DNA from: a virus | IMG/VR virus record: IMGVR_UViG_3300009537_000082 | Coordinates: 1-35,362 of that record | Reading direction: 5' to 3' (one strand) | Length of the DNA: 35,362 bases | Shown here: positions 13,353 to 23,765 of the stretch, in pieces | Layout: every line of letters begins with the position of its first letter | Position numbering within the stretch: position 1 is the stretch's first letter | Made by a program: the position numbers and the translations under genes | The notes under the pieces: model-generated | Database searches by the model: none | The model's input: the letters and a program-made list of their open reading frames with translations, nothing else | Told to the model about the DNA's origin: nothing

Positions 13353-16105
13353 TATCTTGTCTCCAATAAATCTTGCTGTTCTGGCGCCAGATCTTCTATG
13401 CCATACATTAACATATCTTTTTTAGCTCGGCGCGTTTCTAGCCTTAGCCTCAAGTTGTCGTTTTGTTCTTCAAGCTCCATTCTCGCCCACTTATCGAAGT
13501 TTCTTTGCACTTCTTTTAACAGTGTAGACCTCATATCCGGGGTTGCGTCGGCATAAATACTGCTGTTTATCGTTTCATTTAAAGCTTCATGGAATGTGTT
13601 CCCTTCCCCGTCCTGTACCATCTTTCTGGATAACAGAGTTAAATCATAATATTCTTTACTTGTCAGCTTAACCCCGTCGATTCTGCGCGAAGGTTTAGAT
13701 ATAGGGACTGTTCTAGATGCGCTCATTACTCTAACGACTTCAAGCTTTACTTCGTCCTCCGTTTTCTTGGAGTCCGGGAAAGGCGACATAATGCCAAGCA
13801 GGCTGCCCGATGGATGGTATCTTGGGTCTCCATATAAATCTAAGTTAGCTGGTACTTCTTCCGTATAACCCGCAAAACCTGAATTAGCTTTTACTTTTTC
13901 ACTCAATTCCCATGCTGTGCGTGCATAAGGGTCTTGTATTCTTGTAAGGTCTCGACGCGCACCAGAAAAAGGAATTTGGGCGGAAAGTAAGTTCTGACCC
14001 CATGTTTTAGCGTAGCGAGATGGATCATCCATCATTTTAGTGAAATCTGAAACGCCCTGTAAAAAAGTCTTATTCATTGTATTTTCAGCAATCGCAGCAA
14101 CAATCGCTGCCGAAATATCCGACACCCTTTCATCGTCTGTGTCCAGTTCATCATCACCATAATTCTGGATTTCAACTAAATCAGCCACTGCACCGATGAC
14201 GTAGGCTAAAGGCTCGGCTCTTTGATAAGATTGATAAAAGGTCTTTCCATCGGCATTAAAAACAAGCGAGTACGGTTTCCATCCGGTCGCCTCTAACGCT
14301 TGCCTTGCGCGTGGATTGGAAGGGCCACCACCAGTAATTTGACCATTAGCGGCATAACTAGCCACACTAGCAGCGGTAAGGCTTCCCATTGATACACGAG
14401 CCAGAGCAAGGTCACGGGCTGCACCTCCTGCTTTTAAGTCCTGATGAAATTTACGGGTAAATAATGCAACCGGGCTTCTCTCTAAAAGACCGGCTTTAAA
14501 TATATTAATCGGAGTGCGGATAAATGGAGCGACAAAACGCGCCCCGGGCACTTTGTTTATGGCTTTTTGGACAGCCTGCCCTGCCTCACCTAATGGGTTC
14601 TGGAAAGTCTTATAAAGTGCCGCTGCTTGCGCTTCGTCTAATGCTTCTTTGGGCGGGTCACGTAAAAAAGCTTGGATAACTTTTGCTGCATCTTCTGGAT
14701 TTCCAGACAATGAAGCGACCCGATCGCCTTCTCTAAATGCTTGACGGGCGAGGTCTCCGTTTCGGGCAAAAACCTTAAACATTTCATCGACCGGCAACAT
14801 TATTCTTTCAGTCGGAACACGAATAATAGTGCCAAGCAAATCAACAGCACGTCCTAATCCACCAGATAACTCAAGATTGTCAGCGGAAATAGCTTTGTTA
14901 ACAGTACCCTCAAACTTCATAACCTGATCAGAAGGTTCCCCGGTTTTAAAAGCTACTTTTGCTGTCTTTAATGCTTGCCTCCATGAGTGCATCATGCCGT
15001 ACATCTGGGCGCTGGCTTCGCCTACTGCCACACCTTCCTCAGTACCCATGAACCGGCCAATGCGAGCAGCCACCGCTGTTTCGGCGATGTTCATACCTTG
15101 GAATAAAGCATTGCCTGATGTATTAATTATGTGAGTTTTAACGCCTGAAAGGATAGAGTTAATAAAATTCTCGACTAAAACGCTCTGAACTTTCTCAAGT
15201 CGTGATGTTTTGGTTAATTTATTCAATCCTTCAACAGAATCAATATGCTCTAATTGTTTGGCTGTTTCCATTAAGCTTTTAGCGCCGCCTGTTGTCTCGA
15301 CTAATTCAGATAATCTTGCTACTTCACGCGGATCACTTCCCGTCGGAATACCAAAAGCATTTAATGACCGGCCAGCTTCAGCACGCGCGCCCATTAATTG
15401 AGCCTGATATTCTCTGTGAAAGTCTAATTGGCGGCGAAATTGAAGCATTTCACGCTGTGATGCATCGCCCGTTCTGACTTTCCCCGCTAAATCTAAAATA
15501 CGTTTTGCACTTGAGCCTAATACTTGACGGGCTGCAAGGATAACTTCAGGACCAAAGGCTTCGCCGGCTTGGCGTTTCATTACTTGCTCAATGACTTCCT
15601 GATCTGTTCCCAGTTCATCGGCCAATATTTGAAGCTGATCGTGTGAAATTTTGCCTCGGCGCGCAACATTAATGGCGGATTTATTATCTTCGGCCACCAT
15701 GCCGATAACGGATTTAATGTCATCAGTGGTGTCAATTACATCGAAGTTAATTTGATGGTCGTCAAGCTGGTTGTAATCGCCGAAATCTAAATCTAATACC
15801 CGGTTCGCTTCTTTTGATTCGTCTAAAATAACTTTTTCAACAACTTCTTTTGGCTCAACAACAGACTCGGACAGCTCTTTTTTAGATGTATATAACACCT
15901 TTTTAGTGACTTCTTTTTCACCAAGGTCTTTCATGCCCTTTTTAAATAGCTGCTTCATAAATGGGGTTAATGGGGTTAGTGCGCCAGCAACCTGAACCCC
16001 GCCCTCCATTGACGTGTCGGCAGGCTGAACAGGCTGTATTGGCTCTACAGGCTCAATCGGCTCTTGAGCTAATGTAGGCGTTTCTATTGTTGGCTCAATT
16101 ATCAT
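13352..16105 (-). CDS. large internal virion / DNA-ejection protein (917 aa)
   Basis: Size and position match T7 gp15/16 (after the other internal proteins, before the fiber). The N-terminus has (E/Q)P(I/V) repeats. No enzymatic motif recognised. Confidence 0.6.
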   Translation of the reverse strand: MIIEPTIETPTLAQEPIEPVEPIQPVQPADTSMEGGVQVAGALTPLTPFMKQLFKKGMKDLGEKEVTKKVLYTSKKELSESVVEPKEVVEKVILDESKEANRVLDLDFGDYNQLDDHQINFDVIDTTDDIKSVIGMVAEDNKSAINVARRGKISHDQLQILADELGTDQEVIEQVMKRQAGEAFGPEVILAARQVLGSSAKRILDLAGKVRTGDASQREMLQFRRQLDFHREYQAQLMGARAEAGRSLNAFGIPTGSDPREVARLSELVETTGGAKSLMETAKQLEHIDSVEGLNKLTKTSRLEKVQSVLVENFINSILSGVKTHIINTSGNALFQGMNIAETAVAARIGRFMGTEEGVAVGEASAQMYGMMHSWRQALKTAKVAFKTGEPSDQVMKFEGTVNKAISADNLELSGGLGRAVDLLGTIIRVPTERIMLPVDEMFKVFARNGDLARQAFREGDRVASLSGNPEDAAKVIQAFLRDPPKEALDEAQAAALYKTFQNPLGEAGQAVQKAINKVPGARFVAPFIRTPINIFKAGLLERSPVALFTRKFHQDLKAGGAARDLALARVSMGSLTAASVASYAANGQITGGGPSNPRARQALEATGWKPYSLVFNADGKTFYQSYQRAEPLAYVIGAVADLVEIQNYGDDELDTDDERVSDISAAIVAAIAENTMNKTFLQGVSDFTKMMDDPSRYAKTWGQNLLSAQIPFSGARRDLTRIQDPYARTAWELSEKVKANSGFAGYTEEVPANLDLYGDPRYHPSGSLLGIMSPFPDSKKTEDEVKLEVVRVMSASRTVPISKPSRRIDGVKLTSKEYYDLTLLSRKMVQDGEGNTFHEALNETINSSIYADATPDMRSTLLKEVQRNFDKWARMELEEQNDNLRLRLETRRAKKDMLMYGIEDLAPEQQDLLETR

Positions 16106-16284
16106 TTTGACATCTTCTTAATTAGCTCGTCACGACCATCAAGCGCCTCGTTAAGCATCATTTTAACAGCTTCGCGGGAAGCGTCTTTCTGTGTCATTCC
16201 GTCATTTTCCATAAGGTCGGCCATGATTGATTTAGCTTCCGCTCTGCTCTCTGGTGATAATTTTCTAAATGCCTTAGTAATCAT
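16102..16284 (-). CDS. hypothetical protein (60 aa)
   Basis: ORF track. ATGA overlap with the 917-aa gene. Confidence 0.55.
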   Translation of the reverse strand: MITKAFRKLSPESRAEAKSIMADLMENDGMTQKDASREAVKMMLNEALDGRDELIKKMSK

Positions 16285-16441
16285 TAGAATTGTCCTGATT
16301 CATACATTGAGTGTAATAATACTATAATTTCGTTTTCTTCTCGTCTTTTCTTACTGTAATCTGGCCTGTCTACCCATGAATAATGCTCTTTCACCGTTTG
16401 GAAGAAGATGAAGAAGCCGGAACCTTGTGGCGTTACGGAAA

Positions 16442-17068
16442 TCATAATTCATACCAAAAAAACTGGTAAATATAACCTATTGTTACGGTATCGTTATTTG
16501 TTAGCTTTAATAGGTAAGTGTTTCCACCATCAATGATCCATTCTCCTGCTATACCTTCCGTACTGCCCGTTGATTTTTTGTCTCCGCTGCCAACAATGCC
16601 ATCAATATAAAGTCTTGTTCCGTCTGCCGTTACCGTTGGATTTGTATACACGGCTGCCGTAGAAACGGTAGTCGATAATCTATTCCTGTTTAAGGGCGTT
16701 AATGCTGATCCATTAGCTGTAACTGTGGGATTTTCAAATAGTTCAATATCAACAGGCGCACCATCAGTTAAGAATTTATAGTCACGCCAATGTATAGGGA
16801 CAGATGGATCAATTAGAAAGTAGTGTGATGAAGTAGATAATAACCCTGTTATTTTATCCGATAGCTGAAACGCTTTGCCTGAGTGTATACGGGCGTGTTC
16901 TGATTCTATGGTTGTTAATGCTTTTGAATACGGCTCGACAACGTTTGCACCGGTTGCGTCAACCAGCATATATTGAGGATAATGAACACCGGAAAGTTCT
17001 ACAGTGGCGACATCGACTCTATCCGAGTGGCCGCTTGGTTCAACAGCTATATTATCTGCCATCGTCAT
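16442..17068 (-). CDS. putative virion structural protein (208 aa, beta-rich)
   Basis: ORF track. Lies in the structural module. Contains the motif ESEHARIHSGKAF. Function unknown. Confidence 0.6.
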   Translation of the reverse strand: MTMADNIAVEPSGHSDRVDVATVELSGVHYPQYMLVDATGANVVEPYSKALTTIESEHARIHSGKAFQLSDKITGLLSTSSHYFLIDPSVPIHWRDYKFLTDGAPVDIELFENPTVTANGSALTPLNRNRLSTTVSTAAVYTNPTVTADGTRLYIDGIVGSGDKKSTGSTEGIAGEWIIDGGNTYLLKLTNNDTVTIGYIYQFFWYEL

Positions 17069-17291
17069 ACACCGGGATTATTTTAACCATATCGCCTTTA
17101 TTGTCTTTAACTATTAAAAATTCCTTTGGCTTTACAGATAATTGGTGAATAATCTCGCCCATGATGGCCTGATTGTCATTAACCGCGTTTCTCATGGAAG
17201 CAATGGCTTGTTCGGCTAATCTGGCCGTATTATCTGGCTTATCAGGAATATTCCTAATTTCCGCTAATTGCTGTTTAGTGATAGTCCTCAT
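17052..17291 (-). CDS. hypothetical protein (79 aa)
   Basis: ORF track. Overlapping gene ends in the structural operon. Confidence 0.55.
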   Translation of the reverse strand: MRTITKQQLAEIRNIPDKPDNTARLAEQAIASMRNAVNDNQAIMGEIIHQLSVKPKEFLIVKDNKGDMVKIIPVYDDGR

Positions 17292-18436
17292 AATTCTCTT
17301 AATACATCCTCAAGCGATTTAACAAGGTTATCCATGTCTTTGAGCATATCCCCGGCGGGTCTTTGGATAGTCTCCTCAACCCCATCAACCATGACTTTCT
17401 CATCAATCATTAATTTCTTGTTAAGGTTGTCTCTTGGTAATGTCTTCCTAAGCTGTTCAACTTCTTTTGCAATATCGTGAGTACCAAGGATGTTATCTGC
17501 TGCCTCTATTTTAGGTGGCTTTCCTGTGAGGACGCGGTGTGACATATCAGCCTCTCTTTTAGCGACTGCTTTAGCCTCTGCTAGCACTTCTAACGTGTTT
17601 TTAGTGGCTGCCGCAGTCGGCTTTTTAGGTGTCTTGCTTAATCTCCACATTCCTTTCATGGTCATGGCAGAAGCAGCGAAAGCGCCAGCAATCCCCACAC
17701 CGAGCCCGGCATTTTCAATAATGTTTTTTAACCGTCCTTCTGAGTCTGTCTCATTCTCATTGTCAGCTAACCAGCCAATAATTTGATTATCAACGCCCAT
17801 TTGTTTGACCATAGACGAAAATCGTTCCATGTGTGGGTCTAATGCTGTGCCTGACGTGATTATGTCGGCGAGCAAAGCTTCGGTAAACATTCCTGTTTTA
17901 ACACCTGAAGCGGATGACATTGCGCCGATACCTTTCATATAAAGACTGAATGGTGCCATAAACTGCGTCATTTCCTGCGTTATTTCTGAAGCTACACCTT
18001 CCGGACTAATGCCTTTCTCAAACGAATCGGTGAAGCTGGTTAGCCCGGGCAAATTCTCTCTTAACCATTCATTTGCCTTATCGTGGTTTTCTCGTCCTAC
18101 TACTAATGAAAGTGTATTTTCAGTGGCTTTATATAAGCCGCCAGCAATATCACGCGGTACACGGGAAGCAACATCAACCACGCCCACTATTTTTTCGTGT
18201 ATTGACCTCATATCCTGTTGTGGATCAGGTTTTGCATTAATATCTTCGGGCGCTTCTTTTGATGCACCACCTAATACTGGCTCACTAGGAGCGCTAATAT
18301 TTGAAAGCTCAGTCGAAGCAGCTGCTTGAGCGTCAATTTTCCGAGCCTGCTCAAGTTCTTCGCGCTCAATCTCGCCCTCTAAACCAATAGGGGAATAGCG
18401 TGGGCTTGATGCGTAAGCCTCGTAACTATTGTCCAC
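17288..18436 (-). CDS. internal virion protein (382 aa)
   Basis: Position is analogous to T7 gp14/15. Helical, Ala/Gly-rich hydrophobic segment GLGVGIAGAFAASAMTM. Confidence 0.55.
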   Translation of the reverse strand: MDNSYEAYASSPRYSPIGLEGEIEREELEQARKIDAQAAASTELSNISAPSEPVLGGASKEAPEDINAKPDPQQDMRSIHEKIVGVVDVASRVPRDIAGGLYKATENTLSLVVGRENHDKANEWLRENLPGLTSFTDSFEKGISPEGVASEITQEMTQFMAPFSLYMKGIGAMSSASGVKTGMFTEALLADIITSGTALDPHMERFSSMVKQMGVDNQIIGWLADNENETDSEGRLKNIIENAGLGVGIAGAFAASAMTMKGMWRLSKTPKKPTAAATKNTLEVLAEAKAVAKREADMSHRVLTGKPPKIEAADNILGTHDIAKEVEQLRKTLPRDNLNKKLMIDEKVMVDGVEETIQRPAGDMLKDMDNLVKSLEDVLREL

Positions 18437-19991
18437 TTTCGCGCTCCAATCGTTCTATTTGTCTTAGTTTGCGTTCAAGCTGAATAATTAATGTTTTCTC
18501 TTCTTCTGTGCCTAAATCAGCCGCTTTTATTTGCTCGATGGTTTGATACTTCCCTTTGGTTACCAAGTCTTTCCATTTTTGCAGCTCTTTTACATCAATC
18601 TCGCCCTTAACTTCTTTAACTAAGCGATTAGATATTTCTATCGCTTTTATTGATCTCTCTTCTACGGGCAAAGCTTCAACTTCATCAAAATATCTGGTTA
18701 GCACGTTATCTGCGCGCCTTGCATCTTCTGGTGAAATACGTGAGGTATCTGTGCCAGGGATAATACCAAACTGAAAATTAATGCGCCTCGCACCTTCCGA
18801 GCCTGACTGTGTTCGCCTCCAGTTTGCTTTATCTTCTTCAACTTTACGCCGTTCTTCGACTAATTTATCCTTGTCAGCACGACTTAATCTAGGGTTTGTT
18901 TGAATAGAAAACTCAGTCGCGCCGAGAATATTTGCTCTTACAATATTAAGTTCACTTTGGTCTGAGTATTCAGGCCCTTCAAGAAACGCGTTTTTCTTGT
19001 AAGCGTTAGCAACCTTTGGATCAACTTCATCTCTTTTGACCATTTCCTGAAGATGCTCGACAATCAAAGCGCCCTCTAAATCAAGTGTGGCTACCTTGTT
19101 AGCGCCCACTCTCCAGCGTTCTTTGCGATCTGCATCGTCTGCTTTTCTCTGTGCGTCTTCAATACCATGGCTTTTGCTCATCATTCCAATCATGGTATTA
19201 ACCATTTTTGTCCGATAATCTGGATCTCTATCACCAAGCTCTTTAATCTTCTTAAAATTCTCAATGTATTTCACCGCGCGACCGTTTGCCATTTCACGAC
19301 CGAACGCACCATAAATAACTTGATCTTCAATATCGCGGGTAATGTCGTTTCTTTGGACTTCAGCCGCTTTTGGGGTCAATAGTCCGGCGTTTTCTAAAGA
19401 CGTTGTGAGCTGGATAGCTTTGATTTGCGCCTCGGTTGCCGCTAAAATATCGCCCTCAATAGCCTGGTTCTCGCCCTCTGTCCGGTATAAATCAATAGCC
19501 GATGACGTTGTTGCTGCATGTTGGTTGCGTTCAAACGTTCTCAAATCGGATGTAATTTTTGTGCCTGACTTTAAAATAATAGATGATAGCTCATCTTGAA
19601 CGGCTGGCTTCATAGCTTCAGGCACACCTTCAAGTAATCCTTGACTATACGCTTTGGCTTTTACTGTATAACCACCGGGGTCTTTCGCACTTTCAGCCTC
19701 AATCCGGGTAAGGTTGTCAGTAACATCTAGCTTAACGGCCGCTAAGTGTGACGATATAGCACCCTGATTCCATACCTCATCGGCAATCGTTTTGCCATCA
19801 CGCAAAGTAATGGCGGTTTTACCTTGAGCATCAATTAGCCCTTGCTCTTTGGCCTTTTTTGCCATATCACGATCAAGTTCGTCCGCTTCTTTATTAGCAA
19901 AGGCCCGAAACTTGGAGGCTAAACTCTCAAATAACTGCGGCGCATTGCTGTCAATAGGCTGTGGGTTTGTTAATCGTGATTGATATCTCAC
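18426..19991 (-). CDS. internal virion protein (521 aa)
   Basis: Position after the small internal protein. Highly helical and charged. Confidence 0.55.
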   Translation of the reverse strand: MRYQSRLTNPQPIDSNAPQLFESLASKFRAFANKEADELDRDMAKKAKEQGLIDAQGKTAITLRDGKTIADEVWNQGAISSHLAAVKLDVTDNLTRIEAESAKDPGGYTVKAKAYSQGLLEGVPEAMKPAVQDELSSIILKSGTKITSDLRTFERNQHAATTSSAIDLYRTEGENQAIEGDILAATEAQIKAIQLTTSLENAGLLTPKAAEVQRNDITRDIEDQVIYGAFGREMANGRAVKYIENFKKIKELGDRDPDYRTKMVNTMIGMMSKSHGIEDAQRKADDADRKERWRVGANKVATLDLEGALIVEHLQEMVKRDEVDPKVANAYKKNAFLEGPEYSDQSELNIVRANILGATEFSIQTNPRLSRADKDKLVEERRKVEEDKANWRRTQSGSEGARRINFQFGIIPGTDTSRISPEDARRADNVLTRYFDEVEALPVEERSIKAIEISNRLVKEVKGEIDVKELQKWKDLVTKGKYQTIEQIKAADLGTEEEKTLIIQLERKLRQIERLERESGQ

Positions 19992-20437
19992 ACTTCACCC
20001 CGCTTTTTCTTTCGGCTATATGAGCCGTAAGCCTCGCCAGCGGCGGATAACAGGCTATAAGTTGAGATATTCTTAGCATTTTGCTGTAATTGACTCACTC
20101 TTTGTGATGTGGCGCTGGTATCGAGTAAAGAATCAAAGCGTTCATTGCTAATATCTTCATTCGTGACGGCTTGCGCGCTTGACCCTATACCCGCCGTGAG
20201 TCCTGACATACCCGTACGTACATTTTGAAGGGCTAATGCTCTCAATAGGTTACGTTTACGCTCGATTTCCCGATTCTTTGAGCTGGTTTGTTCGGCTCTT
20301 GCCTTAACTTTTATGTTTTCAGCTTGCGTGGCTGAAGCTTGAAATGACGAATAAACCGCCGCGCCTGCTGATGGGCCGCCATAATAAGTTGCCGCCGCTG
20401 TGGCAACAACAGGAACTGCTTTTTTAAAGGCACCCAT
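19988..20437 (-). CDS. internal virion protein A-like (149 aa)
   Basis: Immediately follows tubular protein B, as T7 gp13 does. Gly/Ala-rich N-terminus. Confidence 0.5.
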   Translation of the reverse strand: MGAFKKAVPVVATAAATYYGGPSAGAAVYSSFQASATQAENIKVKARAEQTSSKNREIERKRNLLRALALQNVRTGMSGLTAGIGSSAQAVTNEDISNERFDSLLDTSATSQRVSQLQQNAKNISTYSLLSAAGEAYGSYSRKKKRGEV

Positions 20438-22881
20438 CAGGCTGAAACCTCCAAATCTAAGGCTAGTATTGTCATCGGCACCGGGTCTTCCTGCGTTATA
20501 GTGACCTGTGCTTTTTTTGACCAGCCGTTTAAATATATTTCGGTTACTTCATCTGAGGGTAAAGGCACCGCGTCAAAAGTATCTACGTCTAACTGTCTGT
20601 CCGGCATTCTCTCGCCATTCACAATAACACCTAATGATTGATAACGGTTAATCGTTGCTCTTACTATTCTCTTTTCTCGGTTTAATGTGGGGCCATCCTG
20701 AAAGCTATCACTAACCGGCATTGTCTTAATAGTAGGATTATAGGCTAAACCTACCTCGATTGCCTCTGCATCCGGCGTTCTGGCTAACGTCACCGATCCA
20801 CCAGATACCACCAAATCAAGCTGAACCGCGCCGCCAATCTTCGCTTTTACGGTTTCACCTTCAAGATGGTCTAACCCGGAAACTGTAGCACTGGAATGAC
20901 TTGCAATAGATATCGCGCTATCAGTATATAAGCTCCCGTCGAGTTTTTCTAAATAGTTCCCGGTTATACTGTTAACGGTACGCTCTACAATGAAATAAAC
21001 GTCAAAGTCTAACGTTCCAACTCGCTTAAATTTATCCGCTGTGCCGGTAGTCCAAGGGCCTGACCATGCAGCAATTTGCTGTTCTCTTAATGTGTTTAAA
21101 ACGACAATATCACCAGACGTATTCACGACATAAACATAGTTTGTCTCTGTGGTTTCTGTGCCTTTTATGGCATCAATATCGACAGGGGTATTAATTAAAT
21201 GTGTCGAAAGCTGAGAAACAGAATTGGACACATGAGAATCTTCAGCAAACGAAAAAACAAACTCTCTAAAACCTTGGCCGTTTCTTTGGACATACAGCGT
21301 TGCGCCATCAATGGAGGTAGTATTGACATTTGCCGACCCAAAGCTAGTTTGTCTTGTTGCGCTAAAGGTTTCGGGCGTAATAGGCGCTGAAGTTACAACA
21401 AACTCGCCCCCGCTGGTGTAAATCTCTAACGTCCGGCCTGGTACAATGTTTCTGATCTCATTAACCTGATCAGTATCCAATGCGCCCACGACCGCATCAT
21501 CCGGCAAGCCAGTACCCACATCAAAGTTGTAAAAGTCATTTGTGACGCTCATCCATAACCCTTGCGGACGACTTAACGACCCACCAAAGACCATACGCCC
21601 CTCAAAGAAAGTGACCGTTAAAGGCCAGCCTCGCGCTGTAGACCAGACCGCTTCCGTAACACCTACGCCGTTTGTGGTAGTGGTGACAATATTAGTCCCC
21701 ACTCCGGCGGTGATGGTCATTTGATCCCAGTTCTTTGCCCCATCAGCGCCCCCAAAAGTCACGTCATGGTCATTAGCTGCCCCAGAATAAACCACCGTGA
21801 TGCCCGTTGAGCTGGTGGTTGCTAAAGCTCTTAATGCATTCTGAATATTCGTTGCCGTGATAGTTGCCGTTGCATTATTTGTGATAGTGGATGTAACCTG
21901 CCCCTCTAACGTTAATGTAAAAGTCTCCCCTCCTGTCCATGAATTATCAAGATTAACTTGCTGAATCTCATCAGTTGAAGCAGGGCTTAATGAATCATTA
22001 AAATCATACTGTGGGATCGTAGTGAATGGGACGTCATCGACTACCCATAACCCCTCTGATGCGGTGTTTCTTACAATTCTCTGGGGCGGTACGTTTTTAT
22101 GCGTGATGATTAATGTATCCGCAGTTTGCGTCCAGTGAATCGAGTTTAATTGTGTGGTGGTAAATTGAATCCGAACATTTACCAGTAACGCACCATCCTT
22201 ATAGACAGCTATGTTTTGATCTGTCATTACAAGCATGTAGTTCTGTTCAGTATTAAACGAGAAAGGAATTAATCTGGTATCAGAGATGGTTGTCTCTTCC
22301 CATAAGTTAAACTCTTTAATTGACGCAATCTTAGCACCGAGATTATCTGTCCCTATTCGTGCAACGCGCCAATATTGTGCGGTTATATTCGGCTCTCTTC
22401 TCGCGGTTCCTTTAACCTCGTCGCCCACAGTAACGAAAGTAATATCATCCGTAGAATACTGAATAAAAAAATCGTTAGGGTTATCGTATAAGGGGGCTAA
22501 ATAGGTCGTCATTCCAACAACATCGGCAAACTTGATTGTTTTTGCAGATCCTAAATCATAATGCACGACAACATATGGATCAGTTATCCCGATTGATGTA
22601 GTTGTTTCAAATAGAGTAGTTTCATCGTCGTCATTAGCATTGGCTGTTGTTCCCCCGTTAGGCGCGGTGATGGTTTGGCCTGTTACTCGAGTTATTATTT
22701 TTGCTGCGATATCGATATACCGTGTGCCACCTCTGCGAGTTACGCCGCCTTGTGGGATGCAAAGAGCGTTGTCCAGCTTCTCAGCGCCATCATAATAGGC
22801 TTTTAAGTCTACACGCGCAGCTAGGCGAGGGTCTAACACGCCTGAGTTGAACGATGATTGGATACGTCTTATGCGGGGCAT
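20437..22881 (-). CDS. tail tubular protein B (nozzle), with an inserted discoidin-like domain
   Basis: Follows tubular A. The conserved N-terminus is SSFNSGVLDPRLAARVDLKAYYDGAEKLDNALCIPQGGVTRRGG. Size is 814 aa. Confidence 0.75.
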   Translation of the reverse strand: MPRIRRIQSSFNSGVLDPRLAARVDLKAYYDGAEKLDNALCIPQGGVTRRGGTRYIDIAAKIITRVTGQTITAPNGGTTANANDDDETTLFETTTSIGITDPYVVVHYDLGSAKTIKFADVVGMTTYLAPLYDNPNDFFIQYSTDDITFVTVGDEVKGTARREPNITAQYWRVARIGTDNLGAKIASIKEFNLWEETTISDTRLIPFSFNTEQNYMLVMTDQNIAVYKDGALLVNVRIQFTTTQLNSIHWTQTADTLIITHKNVPPQRIVRNTASEGLWVVDDVPFTTIPQYDFNDSLSPASTDEIQQVNLDNSWTGGETFTLTLEGQVTSTITNNATATITATNIQNALRALATTSSTGITVVYSGAANDHDVTFGGADGAKNWDQMTITAGVGTNIVTTTTNGVGVTEAVWSTARGWPLTVTFFEGRMVFGGSLSRPQGLWMSVTNDFYNFDVGTGLPDDAVVGALDTDQVNEIRNIVPGRTLEIYTSGGEFVVTSAPITPETFSATRQTSFGSANVNTTSIDGATLYVQRNGQGFREFVFSFAEDSHVSNSVSQLSTHLINTPVDIDAIKGTETTETNYVYVVNTSGDIVVLNTLREQQIAAWSGPWTTGTADKFKRVGTLDFDVYFIVERTVNSITGNYLEKLDGSLYTDSAISIASHSSATVSGLDHLEGETVKAKIGGAVQLDLVVSGGSVTLARTPDAEAIEVGLAYNPTIKTMPVSDSFQDGPTLNREKRIVRATINRYQSLGVIVNGERMPDRQLDVDTFDAVPLPSDEVTEIYLNGWSKKAQVTITQEDPVPMTILALDLEVSA

Positions 22882-23429
22882 CAGCGAACCTCAAGGAAAG
22901 GGGCTGATTCTATCGCATTATTAGTGCGGCCTTGGCTGTCTCGATTTGTCGCTAATAAAAATTGTTGTGTTGCTTTGGCGTCGAATGTTTCCGCTAAAGT
23001 TCTGTTATCTGTTACAGAAATAGCAAATTCAGCCGCAAGCATATATTGCATGTATTTCACAAAGTAGGGGGGTAGCGTGGCTTCATTTGGCTCAAACCAA
23101 TAATCAATTTCAACCGTGTCTTGATCTGAGTAAAGGATGTCTTCGTATATTTCAAAGTTTGAGCGCGGATAAGTTCTGTAAACCAGCAATAAATCACCGG
23201 GTAACTGGAATCCGTTTGTCCATTCATTTAATGGTTTTGCAGTTAGTTTTGATAAAGACACCTTTCCCATTGCGAAGCGCCAAGGATAGCTTGTAATAGC
23301 GTCTTGATAGACTGTTTCGTATAAGTTTGATGCTGCCCTTGCGCCTGCGCCGGGGTCAGTAAAAGAATTAATTGTTTCATGCCCGATAAGCAACAAGGCA
23401 TTGGATGACATTGAAATGTCGGTAGCCAT
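22881..23429 (-). CDS. tail tubular protein A (adaptor/gatekeeper, T7 gp11-like)
   Basis: SSNALLLIGHETINSF...ASNLYETVYQDAITSYPWRF parallels T7 gp11 VNDILASIGEPPVSTL...ILNKINRQIQSRGWTF. Confidence 0.75.
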   Translation of the reverse strand: MATDISMSSNALLLIGHETINSFTDPGAGARAASNLYETVYQDAITSYPWRFAMGKVSLSKLTAKPLNEWTNGFQLPGDLLLVYRTYPRSNFEIYEDILYSDQDTVEIDYWFEPNEATLPPYFVKYMQYMLAAEFAISVTDNRTLAETFDAKATQQFLLATNRDSQGRTNNAIESAPFLEVR

Positions 23430-23442
23430 TAAGTCAACCTGT

Positions 23443-23469
23443 AATTAAAGAAAGGGAGCCGAAGCTCCC
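23443..23469 (-). terminator. rho-independent terminator after the capsid genes
   Basis: Minus strand reads GGGAGC-UUCG-GCUCCC followed by UUUCUUUAAUU. Confidence 0.8.
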
Positions 23470-23475
23470 TGTCAG

Positions 23476-23754
23476 TTAATCCGTATCGGTGGCGGCCAAT
23501 ACAGTGCCATCGTTAACATCGATAGCTGTACCTGTGTTGGTCAATACATAATACAGAGCTGCAACAGTGGTCGTACCTGTTGATGTTGTAGCATAGATTA
23601 AATCACCTGCGTTTAGCTCATTGATTGCAAGCAAGAAATAATCAGACGTATTTAAATCAGCTGCGCTGTCAGTTGTCGTGTATGTCCAGATAGTCGGAGC
23701 ATCACTATTAGCTGACGCAGAAGCGCGGTGAAGATTTGGGTGTGAATAAGCCAT
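23476..23754 (-). CDS. hypothetical protein next to the capsid gene (possible head decoration protein, 92 aa)
   Basis: ORF track. Thr/Ala-rich. Co-transcribed with the major capsid gene upstream of the strong terminator. Confidence 0.55.
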   Translation of the reverse strand: MAYSHPNLHRASASANSDAPTIWTYTTTDSAADLNTSDYFLLAINELNAGDLIYATTSTGTTTVAALYYVLTNTGTAIDVNDGTVLAATDTD

Positions 23755-23765
23755 ATCAGTTCTCC

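Noticed and set aside
16320-16445. 41-aa minus-strand ORF with an ATGA overlap to the 208-aa structural gene
   Set aside because: The coupling is plausible, but there are no recognisable features and it lies in a 157-nt gap that may instead be regulatory. Confidence is too low for the feature list.
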